A stretch of DNA of 64,000 nucleotides from the NCBI GenBank assembly GCA_963575745.1, contig CAUYUJ010000114.1, positions 558,001-622,000 on the forward strand, written 5' to 3'. The position numbers and the translations under genes are program-made. Positions 1-12,240 of the stretch are shown here, in pieces. Below the pieces are notes generated by a model, which saw only the letters and a list, made by a program, of their open reading frames with translations, searched no databases and was not told the DNA's origin. How positions within the stretch are numbered: position 1 is the stretch's first letter; every line of letters begins with the position of its first letter. This DNA is from Prorocentrum cordatum (lineage: Eukaryota).

Positions 1-559
1 TGCCTCTTGGGGCCTCCTGGGGGCGTCTTGGGGCCATCTTGGGGCCTCAGTGTGCCTCCTGGGCGCTTCTTGGGACCATCTTGGAGGAAGTCGATCAATG
101 AAGAGGGGAGCTTTAATGAGCGCTGCCCCCTCAGAAGGGCAAACTGAGGCCAAAACCTTCGTAAAATCAATGATTTTGCCTTGAAGGAAGAGGGGAGCTT
201 TAATGAGCGCTGCCCCCTCAGAAGGCCAAAATGGGGCCAACACCGTAGTAAAATCAATGATTTTAGCTTCAAAGGAGAGGAGATGGTTTTTTCTTCCTCC
301 CCCCGTCGGGGCCAGAATCCTCGTGAGGGGTGTGGTTTTTTAGCCCTCCCAGGAGTCGAAAAGGACTCCCCTGACCACCCGCGGTGGGACCTCTCCAGGC
401 CCAGGGGGAGGGGGTAGGGCAAGCTAGGTGCGCTCGCGTCATATCTGACGTCCTACCCCTCCCTCCCATCCCTTACCATGGCGCTGATTTTCTCTATCCG
501 CGGACGCGTGTCGTAGCGGACCTGTGGCTCCGCGCGCGCGTGCGTAGTGGATGGTGGTG

Positions 560-1010
560 CGCGTGCGTGCGTGCGTGCGTGCGTGCGTGTGTGCGTGGTT
601 GTGGTGGTGGTGGTGGTGGTGGTGGTGGTGCTGCTGCTGCTGCTGCTGCTGGTGCGGGTGCGGGTGGTGCTGGTGCTGGTGCGGGTGCGGGTGCTGGTGC
701 TGGTGCTGCGCTGGTGCTGGTGCTGGTGCTGGTGCTGGTGCTGGTGCTGGTGCTGGTGCTGGTGCTGGTGCTGGTGCTGGTGCTGGTGCTGGTGCTGGTG
801 CTGGTGCTGGTGCTGGTGCTGGTGCTGGTGCTGGTGCTGGTGCTGGTGCTGGTGCTGGTGCTGGTGCTGGTGCTGGTGCTGGTGCTGGTGCTGGTGCTGG
901 TGCTGGTGCTGGTGCTGGTGCTGGTGCTGGTGCTGGTGCTGGTGCTGGTGCTGGTGCTGGTGCTGGTGCTGGTGCTGGTGCTGGTGCTGGTGGTGGTGGT
1001 GGTGGTGGTG
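560..1010. repeat. (CGTG)n/(GGT)n/(GCTGGT)n microsatellite
   Basis: Direct inspection. Confidence 0.95.
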
Positions 1011-2489
1011 CGGCGGCGCGGTGGTGGCGGGCGGATGGGCGCGCGAGAAAGAGGCCCGCGCTGGGGCGAGAACGCCATCCTGAACGACGGAGGCCAAACA
1101 CCGATCCGAAAATGAGGCCCACGCTGCAGCGGGAGCACGATTCGGAACGATTCGGGAGCAGAAATGAGGCCAGCGCCTCAGCGAGAGCAGCATTTTGAAA
1201 AAAAACGCAGGCGAAAACCCAACTCCGGGGAATCCTGTGTGTAAAAAAACAGTACGCGGGGGGGTGCCGAATATCTTCCGGACGCCATCATGGGAAGAGG
1301 GAGAGTAGTATTCATATTGTGTAATTGTGGAGGGGTAAACCCCTCCCCGAAGGGGAAGGAGGGTTGAGAACAGAGCGGGCTCTCTAAACCACTCACGCCC
1401 AAAGGGCTGGTGGGATTTCAATGCATGCCCTGGCGCCCAATGCGCGCCAGGGGGCCCGGGCGCTGGGCAGGCGAAGAGCTGTTCGGCATCGCGCGTGGGC
1501 GCGGGATGGCGCCGGGCAGCGCGGGCCAACTTAACGTTCGCATGGGGCCATCGAGACGCCAGCATTATTTCGGACAGCTGAACGAGTCCGACGCCCCCAA
1601 GTCAAGTTTGCATCCTTCTGACGCCGTTTTGGAAGATGACGAGCGGCGGCTCGTCTCGCGAGTGGGTAGGTCTCCAGGTCGAACAAGCCCATGACTTGAC
1701 ATCGAATGGAGCTCAACGAAAAGAGTGGCCGATCGAAAACGGGGGCCGGGCCCTGCTGCCCTCGCGCGAAGCGAGCACGTGCGCCTGCGCGCGACGAACG
1801 AAAGTTCCAGGAGGAGAATCCCTCGTGGGATCTTTGCCGCGGACAAGTGCGCTGATGGAATGCAATGTCTGTTCCATCGTGGTCAGGCAGCGCCAGCCAG
1901 GATGGGGGGTGAGACAACCATGGCCCAGCACGTGCGAAGGGTAAGAAAGACGACGTGGGCGCAAGGATCAGAGAGTCAAGAAAAAGGGATTCTCGCGGCA
2001 GAGATGCCACACCTGGCTCCCAGGGGGCAGGGGGCCAACGAATTCCTCTAGAGCGACTTCTCAGACCTCCGGGCCCCCGAGCGCCGCCCAGGACTTACAA
2101 GTCTACTGCGGGCGAGCAGAAGCCGCCCCGCCGCGCGCACCGCCGCGGCGGCTGCAACGGCAAATGCGGGGTGAGAGGCGCCGTGGGCTCATCGACGCAG
2201 AGGGGGAGCCACCGGAGACGTGGGAACTAGGCCGCATTGCCACGGGAGAGATTCCACCTTGCGGGCGGCCCGAGGAGCCGCAGAAAGTGGAACAAAAAGC
2301 CGCGCGCCAGGCGATAACTTGATGCAGGCGGGGGCGAAGGCCGCGGCAAGAAGGGCGGCGGTAGAGGTGAGTCGGTTCGTTTCGGACCGACTTCTGACTT
2401 GGGCCGCGGCCCCAGGTCGCGCGGGCATGGCGGCCGCCGCATGCATGGCCGAAAGGTACTGAGGACCACCGACGAACGTCGATGAGCCC

Positions 2490-3050
2490 TCATGTCTTCA
2501 GGTTGTGGGCGGCAGGAGCGTGAGAATCACGTCGCTTCAATGTCAGCCTTGTTGAAGGCGTTAGGGTTGGAGCAGGAGGCGCGGGGCCTGTGGGCGGACT
2601 GGGGAAATGGAGCTGCAACTCCTGGGCAACGATGCCTGGCGAGACTAGGGCCGATGGTGTTGATCGTCGGCGCCGGTCTCGGCTGCGGCTTCATTGCACG
2701 AAAGTTCGCTGCGAAGACGGGGGGCTCGAGTCGCGCAGTTGTTCTGTCGATTCCGATGATTTTGAACACAGCCAGGGACGCAGTAGGGCCCTCGGGGGCG
2801 CGATCGCCGCCTGGCACGAGTTCATATGAGAAACATGCGAATCCACCGTGGTGCCCGAGACGCCCCGTGTTCTGCCGGTCGGCGAAAAGGTAATTGATTT
2901 CGGATGCAGCTTCGTGTGGGGGCACCGAAAATCACGGTACGTGTTTCTGCCTAACGGGGAGGGGGCATATCTCGTCGTTGATGGCAAGATACCGTATCTG
3001 ACCATTTCGAGCAGGGGCGCGCTAGGCCAAGCGGGCGCAGCAGCCACTGG
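2490..3050 (+). mobile_element. Degenerate LTR-retrotransposon (Copia-like) protease region
   Basis: LIVGAGLGCGFI (decayed LIVD-S/T-G) and VPETPRVLPVG...FVW...YLVVDGKIPYL; frames broken. Confidence 0.35.
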
Positions 3051-4095
3051 CGAAAACGGCTTCGCGCATTTAGCTTGTGGTGTCTGGCGTCAAGGCATGC
3101 CTGTGTGATCCGGGTCAAGCGGGATGGCCACCGCTCCAGTCCAATTAAAACTAATTTACCCGTGAGTTGCACGCGAATGAGACAATTTCGCCCCACGAGC
3201 TTGCGGATGGAAAAACCGAAGCGCATGGGCGGTTGTGAAAAAAAACAATGGGCCCTGGACGCTGCTGCAAACCAGCGCGCCAGTGGATGCCTCTCTCATT
3301 GAACATTGTGTGCTCGCACAACCCCCTTTCCCTCAATTTGCGCTAGAGAGTTGGAGGGAGGATTTCGGACACCCCCTCCCCCGTCCTCCCCTTTGCGCCG
3401 GAGGGTTCGGGGTGGAATCTGGTTGTAAGGCCAGGGGATCGTGAGCGGCACAGATTTCCATTGTGAAAAGATTACAGGGGGCGCGCAGACAAAAGAAAGT
3501 GTCAGCATCGGGTCGCGACGGGTGAAGGTTGCAGACAGCGATGTTAGATCAGCAAGTGTTCATCGCATCGTGTTTTTTTTTCTGAAGAGGGTATTGAGCG
3601 GCACAGATGTCCATCGCTACTGCAGAAAAGAACATGTTTCTCGATCGTAGCGTGAAGGTTGAAGACTTCAAACGGCGACGTCGAGATCAGCAGGTGTGCG
3701 ATCGTGATGTGGCGACAAGCTTACTATTTGAAAATCGCTGTGAGGGTTCAAGGCCCGAAAAGGCGAGGTTCAGATCAGGAGATGCGCGCCGCATGCTATT
3801 CTTCCCTCGCCCTCCTGCGATGGGTTCTCGTTTTGAAAAAAAAGCCCTATGGGGGCGGCGAACAGCGAAACTGTAGCCACTTTCGAGGGTTGCTGGGGGG
3901 TCCAGCGGAGTGACGCCTTCTGGCGCGCGGAGCGCGCCAGGAGCGGCGCTGGAGGCGCCGCCAGGGGGACCCAGCGCAGATCCAAGACATCCGCGCGGGG
4001 TTCCAAATAGTGTACCTCGAGCCAATCGTTTCATGAGCTTGCTTCTCGTCCCATGACGACAATTCCACGGACCGAGTGACACCGAACAGCCGGAG

Positions 4096-4236
4096 GAGAT
4101 CGCGGAGGCCGAGCTCCAGGAGAAGAAATGCAGCATGGAGGCGGCCAGCCTCCAGAAGCAGGTGGACGCCTACGGTAAGCGCCTCGCGGAGCTCAAGGTC
4201 CCGTCGCTGTCGTCCGGGGACAAGGCGAAGCTGAAG
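4096..4236 (+). CDS. SMC4: SMC4 (condensin) internal exon 1 of 11 in window, coiled coil
   Basis: EIAEAELQEKKCSMEAASLQKQVDAYGKRLAELKVPSLSSGDKAKLK; AG|G acceptor (alternative acceptor at 4090), AG|GA donor; splices in frame to the next exons. Confidence 0.75.
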
Positions 4237-5253
4237 GATCGGGTCGGATGTGAATGGGGGGTGCACTGGGAAAGGGTCTGGGTTTTGGAGTGGGATTGGG
4301 TGTTCGCACGTTCTCGTCGGTGTCTGGCGGGTTTCCAGCCTCGGGATGCTCGCCAGCTGCGCCTCGCCGGGAGCGTGCCCGCGGTGCCCGAATCGTCCTG
4401 AACGGCTGCCTGAGACCCGAGGTTGTGAGTCCCAAAACCAGGCGACGAGGATCAGTAGAGGGGCATTGGGATTGGGTGATCCTTCATGGGAGCCTCAGAG
4501 GGTCCCAAAATTCCTTCCGGCTTCTGGGATCTCATTGGATCCGGTCGACATTTGGACGAAATCTGGACGAAAGAATGAAGAGGGGTGGTCGAATTTTGAA
4601 CGAAATGCAGCCGACATTATGCTTATGATTTGACTGCGGAGATCCATATAGGGCCCCATGACGGCTCACCCAGTTAGGAAGGGTGGGGTGGTGGGGTGGG
4701 TGGGCGAAATCTGCTGCGTGCAGTTGGTTTCGAACCCGGCGACCTCCGCTTTCTGGGACATTGGCGCGTCCGCGGCCGGGAGGCGCCGGAGAAGCCAGCC
4801 TCGGGGGCTGATTCGCTAATTACCCCCGCAGGGCTCATTTTGATGCCTCCGACTTGGTTCGATTCGAGTTCGATCGATTCCGATTCCGATTGGATTCGAC
4901 CTTGGATTCCAATTTGGATTCCGATGTCTCAATGGACGCCTTACCAGCATGCCGATTTCCGACGTTTCGACTTCTCCCGACTTGGCTGCCAATTTCCGCC
5001 GAGCCTACACATTTCGATCGCCGATCCGACTTATCGATGCGATTATGGTCAGGAGGGAAATAAACACACAGACACAATTAATCGTCGATTCCCCAGAAAA
5101 AAATGGAAAATATGGGAAGTGGGGGGGGGAAGACAAAAACCCAGAAAATATGGGGAAATATGGTGAATCCTTTATTTTTGTCTATGTATCTATTCGTGTG
5201 TCCCAGGGCCCCTTCAATTATGAACTCTCCTGTCCTCTCGCCCGCCCCGAAAG

Positions 5254-5331
5254 GACCTGGATAAGCTCATCAACAGCAGGTCCAGCGAGCTGAACAAGGT
5301 CCAGGCGGAGCACCAGGCTGTCGAGGACGAG
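5254..5331 (+). CDS. SMC4: SMC4 exon 2
   Basis: DLDKLINSRSSELNKVQAEHQAVEDE, 78 nt, AG|G acceptor, GC donor; too short for the ORF track. Confidence 0.75.
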
Positions 5332-5535
5332 GCGGGTGCCTCGGTCTGCCCCGGTGGCTTCGTTTGGTCGGGTCATTCAGGGGCAACGTTACGGAGGATA
5401 GGCTTAAGTCGGGCATGTCCCTCTACTCTACAGGAGAAATATGCAAATATAAAAAATAGTATCGGGACGATTGTTCAACTATTTTTGATCATGTTTAGAG
5501 CATTGTTGTATCATTTGTTATTTTCCGACGAAGGT

Positions 5536-5678
5536 ATCTATACACCACCACCGTGCCAGGCCAGGGCCATCCTGGGTTCCAGGATGGTGTATAGACCCTC
5601 CTGGCCTCGGCCAGGATGGCGTATACACCATGCCAGGGCCAAGATGGCCCTGGCCTGGCACGGTGGTGGTGTATAGAT
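5536..5678. mobile_element. Near-perfect palindromic MITE (TA-flanked) nested in a family F copy
   Basis: TATACACCACCACCGTGCCAGGCCAGGGCCATC...GATGGCCCTGGCCTGGCACGGTGGTGGTGTATA. Confidence 0.8.
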
Positions 5679-6442
5679 GGCTTCTGCATGTATTTGTCGT
5701 TCAGAATCCGCCTGTAGGGGGACATGCCCGACCTGAGGATAGGCCGAGGGGGGATGCATCGACCCACAATCGCCGATGGGTTGCCGATCGGGGCCCGATG
5801 GCCCACCCTACTCAGGGCCATGCGCTTTCGCTGTCCGGGTGCCGATCCCCGATGCATCGGCGGTGTATCTCAGGAGAGGAAACAAACACACAGACACAAT
5901 TAATCGTCGATTCCTCAGAAAATATGGGAAAATATGGGAAGTGGGGGGGAAGACAGAAACCCAGAACATATAGGAACATATACCCCCTGGGCCAGTCCCC
6001 CCCCCCTAACGTCCGCCCTCAGTCATTGCACAGGATCAGAGGAGCAAGAAGGTATTGCAGTGACACATGTTCCAAGGTTTCCATGCTTGCCTGTCGCTCC
6101 GAATGAGCTCCAGAGACGAGGACCGCTAGATAACAGCCCGAAACTGCTGGAACGTATGTGGAGCCGATCGCATCACGACATCGTTCTCGTCCTGCAGATC
6201 TCGTTATAACTGACGAGACGAAAGTTAGGCCGCGCAGCAGGGAACTTGCCCTCTCCCTCCAGAGCTGAAGTCAGTACATAAGGAGGTGCGCGGGTGGGTT
6301 GGACATGAAGACCCAGTAACGCGGAGGCTTCGTCTTGCACCGTAAGAGGAGATACTGGCCTCGTTTGCCTTTCCGCGGAAACCGCCCTCCCAGACCATAA
6401 TGAGACCCGTCTGGGCCAGCCCGGGTACATCGACCCGCCGAG

Positions 6443-6514
6443 GTGCGGAAGTTGCACGATCAGATCATGAACATCGGCGGGGAGGAGCTCAAGAACGCGA
6501 CGGCGAAGGTGGAG
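6443..6514 (+). CDS. SMC4: SMC4 exon 3
   Basis: VRKLHDQIMNIGGEELKNATAKVE resembles the SMC4 motif LQxxIMxxGGEKLxxQKAKV; 72 nt, GA donor. Confidence 0.85.
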
Positions 6515-7613
6515 GATGGGCGGGTGAATCCCCCCCAGGGGGCGCCAACGTTAAGATATCTGGTCGCGGCGCCGCGGCCACGACATCGTCGGCGCCATGG
6601 GCTCGGAGAATACCCAGCAGAAGGGCCCGAGAAGTTGACACGGGGCAACGTTAATGGGGGGGCTGGGTTCTGGGGGGGACGTATGGGCCCCCAATCGCCC
6701 ATTCATCACCGTTACGGGTATGCGGATATGCTATCCGGCCTGTTGCCAAGATATCGGCGGGGCATCGCCGATTCAGGGTCGATGCTTCCCCCCCTGAGCT
6801 AGTCCATGCCAGTCCCCTCCTGACTCTCCCCCTCAAGAAGTCGCTGAAAACAGGGACAGGTGACAGCTCCAAGGAGAATGCAGCAGGATGCATAGCTGGT
6901 GGAGGAGAAGGTTGGAGGGATGGGGAGGAGCGGAGGAGCAACAGCAGGAGGACCATGAAAGTCTTCTCCTCATCCTCCCTCAATTCTCCATCCATCCTCC
7001 CTCCTCCTCCCACTGGTCGTTCTCCTCCTCTTCTTTCTTCTCCTCTTCCTCCTCCTCCTCCTCCCTTCTACTCCGGACGACTCGCCAGGAGTCTGTGATC
7101 CCTCTCCGACATTCTCAGACAGTAAAGATGTTGGAATGATAAGGATTACTTGGATCACCAGGGGCTCGCTGTTCCTTAGGTCCTTCCCTGGCTGTTCCTC
7201 TAGCGCACTCGTGCACCCAGGCACTTCTGAGCCCCCCAAAAGTGTCGCTACTTGTTTGACGTGATTTGTGACACGAAGTAGCTTGATTATACCCCAATGT
7301 CACTTCCACACTTTTGGATACAGGCCGCTCCGAGGAGAGAAAAGTGGCATGCGCACAGCCTTGCGATGGCGCGCGCGGATGTGTTGGGCCGGCGCAGGGC
7401 CCAGCCCCCTGGCGTCGCCTCCAGCGTCGCCCCTGGCGCGTTCCGCGCGCCGGGGGAGGGGGCCCAGCGCCGACCGGGCTGAGCCCGAAAGTTTCTGGTT
7501 ATGCCATTATTCGCGTTCTTCTATCACCACCTCTTCTTTTAGATTGCATGTTTGTGTAGCATATTCGATCCGCAAACTATGGTCGGTGACAAACCGCTTT
7601 GGACCTCCAAGAG

Positions 7614-7751
7614 GAAGCCACCAAAAAGTGCGAGGAGCTCCGAAAGAACATCAAGAAGGCGCTCCTTGATGCCGATAATATGGTCAAGAATTCCAAGGTC
7701 GCCGAAGAGTCGGCAAAGGCGTCGCTGAAGGACCAGGCCAAGACGGAAAAG
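7614..7751 (+). CDS. SMC4: SMC4 exon 4
   Basis: EATKKCEELRKNIKKALLDADNMVKNSKVAEESAKASLKDQAKTEK, 138 nt, heptad pattern, GA donor. Confidence 0.75.
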
Positions 7752-7784
7752 GACTGCAGCCATGAACATGTTACAGTGGCATGC

Positions 7785-7805
7785 GTAGTATTTGTAGTAG
7801 TACTC

Positions 7806-7837
<32 letters not shown>

Positions 7838-7838
7838 C

Positions 7839-7873
<35 letters not shown>

Positions 7874-7993
7874 AGTGGTAGTAGTAGTAGTAGTAGTAGT
7901 GTAGTAGTGGTAGTGGTAGTGGTAGTTGTAGTGGTAGTGGTAGTGGTAGTGGTAGTGGTAGTGGTAGTGGTAGTGGTAGTGGTAGTGGTAGTC

Positions 7994-8024
<31 letters not shown>

Positions 8025-8041
8025 CAGCTGTAGTAGTAGTC

Positions 8042-8100
<59 letters not shown>

Positions 8101-8240
8101 CGTAGTGGTCGTAGTGGTCGTAGTGGTCGTAGTGGTCGTAGTCGTAGTCGCAGTCGTAGCCGTAGTAATAATGCTACTAACATGAACAGTCAGGGTAGTT
8201 TTCGTCGTAGTCGTAGTCGTAGTCGTAATAGTTGCACTAA

Positions 8241-8284
<44 letters not shown>

Positions 8285-8576
8285 ATTGTCGTAGTCGTAG
8301 TGGTAGTCGTAGTTGAAGTTGTATTCGTAGTAGTAGTAATAGTAGTAGTAGTAGTAGTAGTAGTAGTAGCAGTAAGGTAGTATTAGTAGTAGTAGTAGTA
8401 GCAGTAGTAGCAGTAGTAGTCGTAGTAGTAGTTGTAGTAGTAGTGGTAGTAGTAGTTGTTGTAGTAGTTGTACTAGTAGTCGTAGTCGTAGTAGTAGTAG
8501 TAGTAGTAGTAGTAGTCGTAGTCGTAGTCGTAGTCGTAGTCGTAGTCGTAGCAGTATCAATTGTATTAGTAGTCGT

Positions 8577-8643
<67 letters not shown>

Positions 8644-8644
8644 T

Positions 8645-8679
<35 letters not shown>

Positions 8680-8686
8680 AAAGTAG

Positions 8687-8722
<36 letters not shown>

Positions 8723-8770
8723 CAGTAGTAGTCCTCGTAGTAGTAGTAGTAGTCGTCGTAGTCGTCGTAC

Positions 8771-8821
<51 letters not shown>

Positions 8822-8907
8822 CAGTAGTCGTAGCAGTAGTGGTGGTGGTCGTAGTAGTAGGCATAACAGTAGTAGTAGTAGTAGTGGTAGTAGTAGAAGT
8901 AGGCGTA

Positions 8908-8939
<32 letters not shown>

Positions 8940-8949
8940 CGTAGTAGCG

Positions 8950-8989
<40 letters not shown>

Positions 8990-9141
8990 GAGTGGTAGTG
9001 GTAGGCGTAGTATTCGTAGCAGTAGTAAACATTATAGCAGCAGTAGTAGCAGCAGTTGCAGCGGTAGTAGTAGTAGTAGTAGTAGCAGTAGTAGCAGTAG
9101 TCGTAGTAGTAGTAGTAGTAGTAGTAATAGTAGTAGTAGTC

Positions 9142-9186
<45 letters not shown>

Positions 9187-9392
9187 CTAGTAGTAGTAGT
9201 AAGTAGTAGTAGTAGTAGTAGTAGCCGTGGTAGTCGTCGTAGTAGTAGTAGTAGTAGTAGTAGTAGTAATCGTAGCCGTAGCTCATGTCGTAGTAGTAGT
9301 AGTAGTAGTAGTAGTAGTCGTCGTCGTCGTAATCGTCGTCGCCTTCGTAGTCGTAGTCGTAGTCGTCGTAGTAGTAGTGACAGATAGTAGGT

Positions 9393-9427
<35 letters not shown>

Positions 9428-9569
9428 CGTAGTAGTAGTAGTAGTTGTCGTCGTCGTAGTAGTCGTAGTAGCAGTAGAAGTAGCAGTAGTAGTAGTAGTA
9501 GTAGTAGTAGTTGTCGTAGTAGTAGTAGTAGTAGCAGTAGTAGTAGTAGTAGTCGTATTAGAAGTAGTG

Positions 9570-9620
<51 letters not shown>

Positions 9621-9696
9621 AGGTAGTAGCAGTAGTAGTAGTAGTAGTAGTCGTTGCCGTTGTCGTAGTCGTAGTCGTAGTACTAGTAGTACTAGC

Positions 9697-9752
<56 letters not shown>

Positions 9753-9758
9753 CAGTAC

Positions 9759-9791
<33 letters not shown>

Positions 9792-9792
9792 C

Positions 9793-9852
<60 letters not shown>

Positions 9853-9877
9853 CTAGTAGTAGTAGTAGTAGCAAGTA

Positions 9878-9939
<62 letters not shown>

Positions 9940-9947
9940 GTATAGTC

Positions 9948-9981
<34 letters not shown>

Positions 9982-10034
9982 TAGTGGTAGTAGTGGTAGT
10001 TAGTAGTAGTGGTAGGAGTAGTAGGAGTAGTATA

Positions 10035-10083
<49 letters not shown>

Positions 10084-10119
10084 CGTAGTAGTAGTAGTAG
10101 TAGTAGTAGTGTAGTAGTA

Positions 10120-10156
<37 letters not shown>

Positions 10157-10157
10157 C

Positions 10158-10203
<46 letters not shown>

Positions 10204-10232
10204 GTGTAGTAGTAGTAGTCGTAGTAGTAGTC

Positions 10233-10264
<32 letters not shown>

Positions 10265-10265
10265 C

Positions 10266-10299
<34 letters not shown>

Positions 10300-10360
10300 A
10301 AGTAGCAGTATTATTAGTAGTAGTAGTAGTAGTAGTAGTAGTAATAGTAGTAGTAGTGTA
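7785..10360. repeat. (TAG)n degenerate microsatellite, ~2.6 kb
   Basis: Direct inspection. Confidence 0.95.
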
Positions 10361-10479
10361 GGAGTCGTAGTTTCGGAAGTAAGGAGGGTCGGTCGAAAAT
10401 GGTTTGACGTGTTAATGCCATTCGCACGTATTTGACCATCTGAGTCGAGCAACATCCGAAGTTGGATTCCGTTCTGGAG

Positions 10480-10629
10480 GAGCTTGCCAGACTGAAGGAG
10501 GAGCACGCGAAACTCGACGACAAGGCGGAGCAGGTGCTCAACACCTACAACGAGATCAAGGAGGAGCTCGTGCAGAAGGACGAGCTGCTGCAGAAGCTCC
10601 GCCAGAAGCGCGAGGAGGTGATCGGCCAG
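10480..10629 (+). CDS. SMC4: SMC4 exon 5
   Basis: ELARLKEEHAKLDDKAEQVLNTYNEIKEELVQKDELLQKLRQKREEVIGQ, 150 nt, GC donor. Confidence 0.75.
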
Positions 10630-11893
10630 GCCAACGCACCGAGCCCCCAACAGCCCTTCCAGCTTTGTCAATTCGATTCGATTTCGATTTCGGGTATGTT
10701 GATTTCGGGTATGTTGATTTCGATTCAATTTCGATTTCGAATTCGGGTATGTTGATTTCGATTTGATTCGGTTTAGCATTCCGACTTCGGTTTGGATTTT
10801 TTGTATGCGCCTCGGCCCGGGTAGGGTTCAGTCGTCCCGCCCGCCCACGCAGCTTCGCATCGCCCGCACGCACGTCACGAGCCTGAAACCGAAATCAATT
10901 TCCCGGTGGGGGCTCCCCGTTATACTTCGATCTCACCTCCGATCCTCCCCATCCGTCCGACCCGATCATGTCGTATGCATGAGCGCCGACTGAGTCTCCT
11001 CTATGGAACTTCGGGGAGGTATGTGGTTTCTTGGAGGCCCATCTCAGAGGAAGACTGCGACGACATTCGCGCGTGAGCTCCCCGCGTAATGTCGTGCGTC
11101 GTGAGCATCCTCGTTTCCAATGTAGCGTTCTACTCCGGCGGCCCGCTTAAGTTATGGCGCAGGGTCGCTATGCCATCTCGCGTAAGGCCCGCTTCTTTCA
11201 GGTGGCTCATGCGGCTGTCTCAAAGGGCCGTCGAGAGGGCCCGGGCGCTCGCGGAAGAAGGTCGGCACACCTCTCGGTGCTGGGTCCAGTTTGCAGCTCT
11301 CTCGCAGGGCCTTGTCTTCGGACTCAAGGCCAAATTCAGAGGGAATCGATCCAGGATTGAGGTGGGAGTTTGCCCAGGGCCGTGCGTGGGGCATGTTCTC
11401 ACCCGAACTTCCTCTGGATTCCGACCCTCTGGATTCTTGCCTCTGCCGCTGGAACCCCTCCGTTTCAGGGCACGGGGGATCCTCAAGAGTTGCATGGACG
11501 GGCGCGCGGGATGGCTGCCTCGTTTAGCGTCATTCGAGTTATCCCCATCCCCGCTGGGAAAGCCTTGGCCCCGCTGCTCGACCAGCCCCCAAGATGGGGA
11601 CAGATGCCGTCTCCGTCGGCTAGCGCAGCATCCACTGCCTCCTCGAGAACTTGGCGGGGCAGGCTGAAGGCGCCAAGGAGCCCCAGCCTACTGGAGATGG
11701 GGATCGATCTGAAGATGCCAGCCGCTTGGTCAGGACCGTCAAGACCTTGTGTTTGCAGAGGCCGCTTATCCCTCCTTGCTCCTCCTCCTCCTCCTCCTCC
11801 TCCTCCTCCCCCTCCTCCTCCTCCTCCTCCTCCTCCTCCTCCTCCTCCTCCTCCTCCTCCTCCTGGGCGCAGCTTATCTCGAGCCTCCCTTTC

Positions 11894-11914
11894 CTGTAGC
11901 CATGTTGGCTCACG
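11894..11914 (+). other. Relict dinoflagellate spliced leader (DinoSL) upstream of EF-hand retrogene
   Basis: ctgtagccatgttggctcacg vs CCGTAGCCATTTTGGCTCAAG, 18/21 identical, 66 nt upstream of ATG 11981. Confidence 0.85.
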
Positions 11915-11980
11915 GTGCAGGCAGCCTGCTCGCGCCACCGGCCTTCCGCGCCCCGCTTGCGGGCAACCGCCACTGCAGCC

Positions 11981-12039
11981 ATGGGCGAAGCGGCCGACGG
12001 CATGCTGGTTGCCATCGCGGAGCTCCTCAAGAAGAAGAG
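11981..12039 (+). CDS. EF-hand (calmodulin/centrin-like) protein, exon 1
   Basis: gccATG; MGEAADGMLVAIAELLKKK(R); joins exon 2 in frame once the MITE-derived GA-AG intron 12040-12240 is removed. Confidence 0.75.
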
Positions 12040-12041
12040 GA

Positions 12042-12237
12042 CCGGGCCGAGCGAAAGGGGGGAATAGGGAAAGGGGGGGGTGCGAAATCTGCTGCATGCG
12101 GCTGGTTTCGGCCCCGCCCCCAGGCCCATTCCTCGATACATGGGCGCCTCCCGGCGCCGGGAGGCGCCGGGAAAAACAGCTGCGTGCGCTGATTCTCAAC
12201 CCCCCCCTTTGCTATCCCCCCCTTTCGCCCGGCCCGA
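12042..12237. mobile_element. MITE family A (introner), TIR TCGGGCCGGGCGAAAGGGGG, 5-bp TSD GAGGA
   Basis: TSD at 12037-12041 and 12238-12242; ~35-bp imperfect TIRs. Confidence 0.9.
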
Positions 12238-12240
12238 GAG

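Noticed and set aside
384..1198. Long ORFs in all frames (poly-VL, AP, HQ, ST, WC, AG)
   Set aside because: Translations of the (GCTGGT)n microsatellite. The same applies to ORFs over 7800-10360, 31100-32470, 38800-40600 and 56700-58500.
12080..12240. N-terminus MRNLLHAAGFGP... of the 305-aa EF-hand ORF
   Set aside because: This is MITE family A sequence, repeated at 14432, 15325, 24714 and 44299.
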